From assembly GCF_009914755.1 (NCBI RefSeq), contig NC_060947.1: DNA of 64,000 bases; one strand, given 5' to 3'. Shown here in pieces: positions 50,220 to 64,000 of this stretch. The position numbers and the translations under genes are program-made. Origin of the DNA: the human T2T-CHM13v2.0 reference genome, Homo sapiens. Positions within the stretch are counted from its first letter, which is position 1. Each line of letters starts with the position of its first letter. The notes beneath the pieces are model-generated. The model did not search any database and was not told the DNA's origin. It saw nothing but the letters and a program-made list of their open reading frames with translations.

Positions 50220-50880
50220 CTTAGTCTGTGCTACTGTAACAAAATACCACACACTGGGTAATTTATAAAGAACAGAAATATTCTTTGGTGCTGGGCACGG
50301 TGGCTCACGCCTGTAATTCCAGCACTTTGGGAGGCTGAGGTGGGCGGATCACCTGAGGTCGGGAGTTCGAGACCAGTCTGACCAACATGGAGAAACCCCT
50401 TCTCTACTAAAAATACAAAATTAGCCGGTTGTGGTGGCGCATGCCTGTAATCCCAGCCACTCGGGAGGTGGAGGTTGCGGTGAGCCGAGATCACACCATT
50501 GCATTCCAGCCAGGGCAACAAGAGCGAAACTCCATCTCAAAAAAAAAGAAATATTCTTCGAACGTGTGTCCTGGGAGGGGGGAAAAAGGGACAAAAATAT
50601 ATTTTCTCATAGTCCTGGAGACTGGAAGACCAAGACCAAGCACTAGCATTTGGTGTCTGGTACGGGCTGCGTCCTCCAGAGGGAAGAATGCTGTGTCCTT
50701 ACATGATATAAGACAGAAGGGCAAGTTTGCAAAATGCTGCCTGAAGCCTCCTTTAGAAGGACCTTAATCCCGCTCTCAAGGGAGCAGCCCTCATGGCCTA
50801 ATCACCTTTTAAAGGCCCCACTTCTTAATCCTATCACATTGGCAACACCTGAATTTTGGAGGTGACCTTTCAACCCGTAG
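50220..50880 (-). mobile_element. MST/MLT1A LTR split by Alu
   Basis: aaataccacacactgggtaatttataaag; gccctcatggcctaatcacc. Confidence 0.78.
50289..50550 (+). mobile_element. AluSp-like with right-arm deletion
   Basis: gaggtcgggagttcg, catggagaaaccc; about 30 nt between two GGGAGG motifs is missing. Confidence 0.9.
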
Positions 50881-51288
50881 TAACTGATTCGACAATTGTA
50901 GGAAAAGCACAAAATTGATTAGTATTGCAAATCAGGTTCTATTACAAAGCAGTTGTAGCAACTGATTTGCTCTTTTTATTATCCTGGAACTTTGTTACAC
51001 TAAATAATTCTCACAATTAGTGAGGCTAATGAGTAAGCCTTGGACATTTAGTGTTAATAGAGATTCTGTTAGTAAATATTTATTGAAGAACTACTGAATG
51101 CAGAGTGTGGAGCTGTGTTCTGCTGCGAAAATTCGATTTTATCCCAAAGGCAACATGGAATATAGTACGGGGGAGTTAAATGATGAAAACATGAGTTATG
51201 ATCTATAATTAGTGGAGAAGATTGAAAAAATAAAAAAACAAGAAAAATATATTTTCCTATAATCTCACATTCCAGAAACATCTGTTAA

Positions 51289-51642
<354 letters not shown>

Positions 51643-51764
51643 CATATATACCTATTTTTGATAAAATATATATTTCTTTTTAAAAAGTGGTATATTAGGG
51701 AAAACACAAATAATCTGTTAACATTTTCAATGTAATTCCTTCCTGCATGTGTTTTTACATGAAT

Positions 51765-51768
<4 letters not shown>

Positions 51769-51805
<37 letters not shown>
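51769..51805. repeat. (TG)n microsatellite
   Basis: Direct reading. Confidence 0.95.
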
Positions 51806-51807
<2 letters not shown>

Positions 51808-52723
51808 CAAGGATCATTTGTTACTATTTTGAATGAAATCTTTTTTTAAGCTTTTATTTTCTTTTTTGTGGCTGATATATAGAAATACTGTTGTTTACAA
51901 CAAAATGCTGAACGCCACCTAGGTCTAATCATGTGTCTATATAATTTCTTGGATTTCTTTGATGTGGGCAGTTGTATTGTCCATAATTTATGATGTGGAA
52001 ACCAAAGCTATAGAAAAGTTAGGTAATTTTACAAAGAACATAATATCAGTAAATGACACTAAGTATGAAATTAAATAGTAACTATTATCAATCCCCTTAC
52101 AGTATTCATTCTTTGACCTTGTTTTTTTCCATTTGTAATAGTGTTAGCGTCCAACTGTCAGCTCATGTCCAAATGTCGGCTCATGAATTCCTCTTTAATA
52201 GCTGGACTTCTTTTAGCCTCTGGCTGTGTGAGGGTCTCTTGACCTCAGTGATCTCACATGTGCCACTCTGTCCTTCTAGAACACTATTCTCCTCGCCTTT
52301 GCTAAACTTGCCTTAAAAGTGATTTCCTCAGAGGGACCGCTAATAATGATCTTGTTTAAACTTTATGCCCTTCCTACTACTATCATCTCTCTCTCTCGGT
52401 ACCTTTTATTTCTACACACTTACCATGATTTCAGTTACACAGATTGTGACATTACATGTACATATGTTTAACTGTTTGCTTCTTTCATATTTGTTCTCTA
52501 TACCCAGCGTCAAGCACTTAGTTTTGCAGTAGTATATGTAAATAGTAAATATTTGCTGAATAAGATGGAATGAATATATCTTTTGCTGTCACAACATGTA
52601 TAATTTTCTTTTTGATGCTTCGTTGATTGCATCTATGATTTATCCTTCTCATGTACGTCTTAGTGGGAGGAATCTAACAGTATCCATCTTTTCCTGTTAT
52701 AAAATTAATGTTCTTACTTGTAG

Positions 52724-52864
<141 letters not shown>

Positions 52865-53511
52865 TAAATTAAATAATCTTAGGTAACATTACTTGTGTTT
52901 GAGTTTATATATGGCTACTCTCTTGGATTTTTGTCTTTACTAAACTTGAAAATATAATTTGATATTAGTACTTCCAGTCTCTATCACCACCTTGCCCCCC
53001 AGTCAATTTTGGAGGAGTGGGGATGGCTTTTTGGTAGTAAGCTCTATATAGTTCCATCTCAGCTTATGGAAAATAATTAGAACGGCAGTCATAATGTACA
53101 CTTTTTAACTTCTTCATAACTTATTTTCTTTGTCTCTAAAACAGGCCAAATTATACTGTGCCACTTTGTGTTATATAATGAACGTGAAGTATTTGATTTA
53201 TAATAACTACTTAAGAGACAACAAACCTTTTCCCTCACCGTCCTGCATAGCCATTCTATTCCTCAGAATATAGGCCATCATAAGACAATGGAATATGTCC
53301 CAAGAGACAGATTGGACTGAAATATGCCCCTATAACATATCTGTCTTTTGATTTAATTCTGTTTAAAATTAACAAAAGGGAGTCTGTTATAAAAGCTTCT
53401 TTTGAACAAAAAATGCAAATGTTATTTAATGAAAGCGATTATCGTTTAAAAAAACAAAAGAAAACAAAACAAAACAAAACCCTGCAACATGACACTCACT
53501 TCTCCCTTTAG

Positions 53512-53706
<195 letters not shown>

Positions 53707-54192
53707 TAAGGAAGCATGCTGTAAATTACTTAAAGCTTTATTTTGCTAATGAGCAAGTAAGTAGACCGCAGGCTTCACTTCCAGAGCAGAAACCCATCAT
53801 CTTTGTTAATATTTCGTCATTCAGGAAAGAAGAAAATACAGAGACACACATACACAATAGGTATATATTGGTTTATTTGTTTTCAGCAAAGGGTAGATGT
53901 GTTTGAGGTTTTTTTAAGTTATCGTTTTCTGATTATAAAAGTAATGAGCCTAATTGGAAAATAAGTCTTTTAATTAACAGCACTTGGAAATGGTAGCCAA
54001 AATAGAACAATTTTTTTTTAAAAGAAATCTCTGTACATAGAATACCAAGAAGGAAATATCTGAGACCAAGAAATAAAGCAGAGGCGGAAAGCCATGTCCA
54101 GGTGGCTTGGGGGATGGGCATCAGATCCAGCAAGAGCCTGGTGGCTTGGGTTTTAATACTCACCTGGAAACCCCCATAAAGAAGGGAGTTAA

Positions 54193-54372
54193 AGCCAGGC
54201 ACGGTGATGTATGCCTGTAATCCTAGCACCTTGGGAAGCCGAGGCGGGAGAATCACTTGAGCCCAGGTGCTCCAGGCTGCAGAGAGCTATGATCACACCA
54301 CTGCACTCCAGCCTGGGTAACAGAGTGAGACCCTGACTCTAAAAAAAAAAAAAAGAAGAAGAAGAAGAAGAG
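54193..54372 (+). mobile_element. Alu monomer (FRAM/FAM-like) with A/(GAA)n tail
   Basis: Single right-arm-type unit. Confidence 0.85.
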
Positions 54373-55784
54373 AAGAGGGCTGAAGGCCAGATTTCTAGCC
54401 AAAAGCCAGGGGGAAAGCCCATCTTTACCTCGGCCTTTGGTTTAGGGGAGGAAATAGTCACCTATGAGAAGTCAAACCACGAGCCTGTGCCACATTCAGA
54501 TGTGGAGTGGAATGCACACGAAAATGTGCTCCAGGCTGCAGAGCCCCTGCAGAGGGAGAATTTCACAATCCTAGCTGCTCGGTGAGTGCTCCCTGCTCAA
54601 CCTGACCCGATGCCTGATCCAAAGTTAGAAAACCAAGAGAACACAGTCCACGCAGGCCCAGCATGTGCAGACAACAGGGCAGCAGGCAGCCAATACTTGG
54701 GGATAAGATAATAATTACTGGACTATCAAATAAGTAAGTTTAAAAGGAAACTGAGGTGAAGGAGAGTTAACAACAACCTGGTCGTAACAGTACGGCAGTG
54801 ATGAGGCACCCAGTGGTGTGAGAACGTGGTACTAAGTAGCACCTCTGAAGGGCTTCACAGAGATACTCGAGGCGTTAACAAGCAATCAGGGTACAGGGTG
54901 TTCAGAATCAAGGATGAGCACAATAAGAGAATGCTGCAAGCTGAGGCTTGGTGACCCAATGACCTTGTAGAGCTTTGCAGATGCTATCTGGGAAGAAAAA
55001 AAGCTGGGAAGGGAGTTTTATTGTGTAGGTAGAGACCTCCATAAGGGAGAAGTAGGAGAGACTTCTACCCCCCAGTCCAGTGAGGAAGCAAGGAAGCTCT
55101 AAATGTGCACTAATAGAGGAGTGATGAGAGTGACAAGTGATCAGCCTTTGGAATGTCTGACATCAAAAGCCTGTCCCTCATTTGGCACCCTCATCTGCCT
55201 GCAGCCCAGCTGAGGACCTAGGATCTAACACAAAAGCTTAGAAGTAGCCCAGAAAGTTGTCTTAACACTCTTGCAGGGAAACACAGGCCCTGATTCTTAG
55301 AAGAGCCTTGTTCATTCTGCTCAAAGCTGCCTTCCAACGGCTGCTGGGGTTCCCAGCACAGAAGAGAAGGAACGGACCATGCAGCTGGAGATCGGCCTCT
55401 GCCAGCAGCAGGAAGTGGCTGTGGCCAGGGAGGAGACACAAATATATAAAAGACGGGAGCAGAAAGTTAACTTGCAAAGACCCTAGGTGGGCAGTCACGG
55501 GGTGGAGGGCAGCGCTGTGTCACGTAGCCTATTACTGTACGGTGTGTAATGTTCACAAAAATGCCCTTGGCCAAGAATCAAGGTTGAATGACGCTGAGAG
55601 TCCTCTGCAAAAGATTGTGAGCAACATTTTGGAGTCATATCTACTAGAAATGCTTGCAGTTGACTTGGAAACTTCTGCAAGTCACATGGAATCTGCATTC
55701 AAATGAGGCAAATGCACTGGCCCAGTGGAAGGTTAGAGGCAAAGAATCCAGCCAAAGGGGTACAGGAGCGAGCGTCAGATGTAA

Positions 55785-57640
<1,856 letters not shown>

Positions 57641-59097
57641 ATACAGAGTTCCCCATTTCAAATAGATAGCTATTTGCCAACTCCTACTTTTAAAAAAATG
57701 CAGAATAAAGTAAACAGAATAAATGGCTGGGGTTGAGATGCTGTTTTGTTTTGTTGAGACCTCCTTTCAAGCAGTCTGCACTCAATCACCCCTGCTCCCT
57801 CTGCCAGGAAAATCAAGCTTTTTAGGGAAGTACATTTCAGAATTTTTGTCACCTCCTTTCTCTTTTCCAAGTGTTTCTGCTACACATTATTGTCATCCTC
57901 ATATTCTAGCCCCCAACTGACAGTCTCCTCAGAACAGCCTTGCGGGTAATACATGACATATGCAGTTGACATTATCTGTGACTTCTTTGCTTGATGCAAA
58001 AGGTCATAGTTAGCAAAATAAAATACTGTAAATTTCTGTCTGACCAATTGGAGCTTGTTGCTTTAGAAAAAGCTTTGAAGCTTGACTCGTTCCGGGTAAA
58101 ACTGAATGTTGCCACAGGAGGTCACTCTTGGGTAGGCTTTGTAGCTTGGTTGGGTTGACCACGGAAAGAAAATTAAACCTAAGAAACCTACCTACCACTG
58201 CTGAGATAGCAAGTGTCAACCTAAAAGTGGTATGGGAAGAGGGTAAAACTAGATAACTCAGATTTAACTTTTTTTCTGATTACATAATCTTTGAAGATGC
58301 TCTATAGGAAATTTGGAAAGTAGAAAGAAGAAAATCTTAACACTTTATATCTCAACCAGTGATGCCACTATGAATAATTTGGTGTACTATGTATCTGTCT
58401 CTCCTGGGGGAGCTGATATGGCACATGCACCCACAGAGAAAAGATTGTAAATATGTGCCCAGAAGAAATCCAAAACTGTATGTATATAATTTTCGTTCTG
58501 CCTTTTTCTGCCTAAGATTTCAGTGTGGTATGTTGTGTCAACATCATTTGTTAGGAGTATGTATTAGGTCTCCATGATATACAAGGAAAAGAAGAGTTAC
58601 CTATAGCTTTTTCAGGAAATCATAGCGTTCTAACAACGCAGGAAGCTGTTTGCAGGGGTATTTTCTCTTATCTTCTTCTTCTGACATTACCATTGGATAC
58701 CTTTTAGTGGCTAGGGCTCCCCACTCAAGTGAGATGTCTGTGTCCCCCACTGCCAAGAACCACAGAGCTCACCTTCTTTCCCAGTCCCACTTCCATGCCT
58801 ACCCTGCTGTCTGCTTGTGAGCAGGCTCGTGAGAACAGGCGCCACCTGGCAGAGAGATGAAAACAGGTTCTGCTTCAACTTCTCCGGTATAGAACTTCCA
58901 CCACAAAGGGCAGTGCTTCCCAGTGCTGGGCTGTGGATTGGTATCCTGTCATGCCCAAATCTGCCTAGTCGTTACCAAATAAGCAGACGGTAATGTATGT
59001 GGACATTTTGTGCGAGGTGTTCATGTGTCTTGGGAAAACCTGTCTCATGTTCCCAGAAAGTAGCTTTCCTTACCTGGAGTTTGAGTGGCTTTTATGA

Positions 59098-59486
<389 letters not shown>

Positions 59487-59794
59487 TAATTTTTTTAATT
59501 AAATCTTTAAGTAAGGAAACTGTTGACAGCTAGACAAGTTTACAAACAAAGGGTATCTGCTAGGGCTACTGTGGTTTTGGTTGCATCCTGAAGAATGAGT
59601 GTTTTAAGGGTAGGATGAGTGTTCTAAGGGTAGGAGAAACATGGACCTCAATATAGTAATGATTCCCTTTGCTTCAAGGACGTTGATGTCTTATTCTCTT
59701 ATCTCACAGTCTCTGTGTTTAACTGGAAAGTTTGGTCCCTTTTCTTTTATGATAATTGACATAGTTGGATTTATGACCACCACCTTACTATGTG

Positions 59795-60090
59795 GTTTTT
59801 TTGTTTTTGAGACAGAGTCTTGCTCTGTTGCCCAGGCTGGAGTGTAGTGGCGCGATCACAGCTCACTGCAGCCCCCGATCTCCCAGGCTCAAGTAATCCT
59901 GCCACCTTAGCCTCCCAAGTAGCTGGAACTAAAGGCGCATGCCACCATGCCTGGCTAATTTTTGTATTTTTTGTAGAGACGGGGTTTTACTATGTTGCCC
60001 AGGCTGGTCTCCAATTCCTGGGCTCAAGTGATCTGCCTGCCTCGGCCTCCCAAAATGCTGGGATTATAGGTGTGAGCCACCATGCTTAGC
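59795..60090 (-). mobile_element. AluJ
   Basis: Dimer with J diagnostics. Confidence 0.92.
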
Positions 60091-60556
60091 TACTATATGC
60101 TTTAGTTTTTCCTTCTCCACAAAGTAGACATTATTATTATTTTGGTTTTGTACAATCAACATTTGTTTAGATTTGTCCACATATTGATCAATATCTTTGC
60201 TTACCTTTCTCTGCCCCTGCCCCTCACCACATCTCAATGTATCTGTGGTGATTTTCCTTTTGCTTAAGTTGCATTCTTTAAGTGGTTATATGTTAGAAAT
60301 AAATTCTCAGGTTGTATAGTTTGGCTGAAACTATCTTTATTTTGCTCTCCTTCTGGAAAGGCAGTTTTGCTGAGTATAGACTCCTAGCCTGAGAGTTATT
60401 TTCTCATATCACATTGAAGATATGACTCCATAACTTCTGGCTTCCATTGGGGAAGTTGAGGACTTGGCCATCCTTACTAGGTGACTTGTCTTTATTCTTT
60501 GTCTCTTTTAAGCTTTCTTGGTCTTCTATAGTTTTGTTAAGATTGTTTGGGAATTC

Positions 60557-60610
60557 ATTTGTTGGGTTTATTGGATCCGAGGATCCTCAGATCCAATAAA
60601 CCCAACAAAT
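60557..60610. repeat. 54-bp palindrome (27-bp arms, no loop, one mismatch)
   Basis: ATTTGTTGGGTTTATTGGATCCGAGGA|TCCTCAGATCCAATAAACCCAACAAAT; 26 of 27 positions pair. Confidence 0.95.
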
Positions 60611-60624
60611 CATCAGGAAACAGT

Positions 60625-60981
60625 TGTCAGAAGACATCATTGGTCCTGTGTTTCCTACGGAAATAAAAAACAATAAATATTGCACTGAATGTTTGTGGTT
60701 TGGTGTCCCTGAATAATAAAGAAGGAACATATTTGCAAAAAGTTGCATAGGGTTTTTTTATGCAGAATTTTGTCAGAAGACAGTGGTGCTGCCATGTTTT
60801 TCTTTGAGTGCAAATGTACATTGCTAAGATTTTTTTAAGATGGCATGTGCTTTGAAAAGAGGATATTGCATTTTTAAGAGTTTAAAAATCTTATGAGTGA
60901 GAAATATTAAAAAATCTTATTTTCCCCTCTTTACAAGAAATAAAAGATGTTCCTCATAAAAAAAAAAAAAAAAAAAAAAAA
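60625..60981 (+). pseudogene. Probable retro-copied mRNA 3'UTR fragment (parent gene not identified)
   Basis: AT-rich sequence I cannot match to a repeat, ending AATAAA (60939-44), 13 nt, then A24 (60958-60981); lies between old L1 pieces. Confidence 0.55.
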
Positions 60982-60999
60982 GGAAATATTAGCCGAATA

Positions 61000-61942
<943 letters not shown>

Positions 61943-62357
61943 CTAACTGCCCTTCCCACTGCCTTCTCAGCCCCAGAGAGTGTCCCCTCTGTCCTTCATC
62001 AGAGCACGCGAGGAGCTCCATTCCTGGTCGTCATCTGAGGATGACACAATGAGTAGGACTAGGACTTTAAAACTAGTGTGTGGAGGTTATATCCTCCATG
62101 TACTGCGTCTTAAGTTGGGCCATGTGTGTATTGGTCCCCAAAGCATTTTTTCAGCTAAATTGCATAATGACTGTTATTTTAAAAACTGGAAAAGGAAAAT
62201 CTTAATGTTACATTATACCTGTGGCATTGTCTTGAAATAAGTTTCACCATTTAAATCCACTCTTCACAGGAAAATCTGAAATGCCCCAGGCTCACCAGCA
62301 AGCGAGGCCTGCCCACTTTCTCTTCCTGTTGGCAGCTCAGCTCCTCCTGAGCTAGTG

Positions 62358-62483
62358 ATTTTTTTTTTTAAAGAGATGGGATCTTGCTATGTTGTCCAGG
62401 CTGTATTCGAACTCAGACGCAAGCCATCCTTCTACCTGCGACTCCTGAGTAGCTGGGCCTACAGGCACGATGCCATGCCTGGC
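62358..62483 (-). mobile_element. Alu monomer (FLAM-like)
   Basis: T tract plus single arm. Confidence 0.75.
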
Positions 62484-62933
62484 ACCATTGATGTCTGAGC
62501 ATTTGCCTTAGATGAGCAGAGGAGCTGGACTCACAGTTTAAAGTCTCCTTAGACCTTGAATGCAATGAAGCCCATCCTGACTAGCCTACATATTAGATGG
62601 CTGTATTAACCAGGACTTTTGTCCCCACTATCTGTGCCACAAACTGGGCAAATAGTAGTTCCTAAATAACTTACTTTAAGTTGTACCTGTCATGGTTTTA
62701 AAATGCTACCCACAAATACTAACAAACTGAATATCAAATTCTTACCCAGTAGTTCTATCCAGTGGCCAGGGTGCCCTGACGGTCATTCCTAGCTGCCCCA
62801 ATTGCAAGGTCCGCCATTAGCACATTTCTCCCTGTGGATTGCTAAGTGCCTGCCCCAGACCGTGCCTGGGCTGATCAAGAGAGGCCTGATTCTTGCATCA
62901 TCTCTCGGGTGTGGTTGCCTGCTACATTCCTAA

Positions 62934-63197
<264 letters not shown>

Positions 63198-64000
63198 TAG
63201 GACTTCTCACTAGGAAAGGGAAACACATCAGCTTTTAGAAATTGGGCTCTTTTTTCCTGATTATTGCCGGTCTTGGCAGTGGAGTTTTAGACCAAAGGAG
63301 ATTCTAGGCCCTTTTATCTTTATACTTCTTTCTCTGGTAGAAAAGAAAGCACGGGCCTTTTCGTTTTCCAGGGTGAGCTTGTAGTGTACCTGGAAAAAGG
63401 TCAAAGAAGGTGCTTCCCTTTGCACTGAGCACGACAGGAAAGATGGTTTTTCGGGCTTCTTCAGGCCCTAGCTTCCTTCCATTTGGCTTTCGTGCCAGCC
63501 TTCTCAGCCACATGGGTGTCTGGAGGATTTGTAGAGCTGCTGCCCAGTATGGAAGCCCCCACCCAGCCACACGTGGCCGTGGAGCTCTTGGAATATGGCC
63601 AGTCTGACTTGAGATGTGCTGAGAGTATAAAAAGGCCACTAGGTTTTGGAGACTTAATATGAAACAATGAATATATATCTCATTTACATATATGTTTTTA
63701 TGTTGATTACACATCAAAACAATGATGTTTGGCTATATTGGTTTAAACAGGTGGTTCTCAACCAGGAGTGATTTTGCTCCCTGGGAGACATGTGGCAATG
63801 TCTAGAGACATTTTTTGTTGTCACGGCTGAGGGGTGGGTTGTCGTTAGTGGGTAGAGGCCAGGGATGCTGTTGAATTTTCCCATAATGCGTAGGACAGCC
63901 CCCGTGACAAAGAATTATCCTGGCTCAAGTGCCAAGGTTGATAGTCCCCGATTTAATGGAATACAAAGTGTTTTGCTCATGCTTGAGTGATCCTATCTTA

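Overview
Primate (most likely human) genomic DNA holding the 5' five coding exons of PRPS2 (ribose-phosphate pyrophosphokinase 2) on the + strand. The gene starts in a CpG-island promoter at about 34.5-35.9 kb and continues past the window end. The five exons splice into 704 nt of continuous reading frame. The first 34 kb is non-coding, repeat-rich upstream sequence (Alu, L1, L2, MIR, MaLR LTRs, hAT and mariner MITEs). Nearly all ORFs in the supplied track are repeat- or GC-derived noise. I found no evidence for a wholly new biological system. The best leads are: (1) a 54-bp loopless palindrome abutting an apparent retro-copied, polyadenylated 3'UTR fragment in intron 4; (2) co-oriented CTCF motifs about 20 kb upstream; (3) an L1 fragment lacking both ends, tail and TSD; (4) a sense LTR with an in-frame ATG just before exon 2; (5) tandem exon 2 donors (+/- VGE); (6) a dense transcription-factor motif cluster at 23.2 kb. 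Gene and repeat names come from recalled consensus sequences, not from database searches. Repeat boundaries are approximate; exon boundaries were counted base by base.
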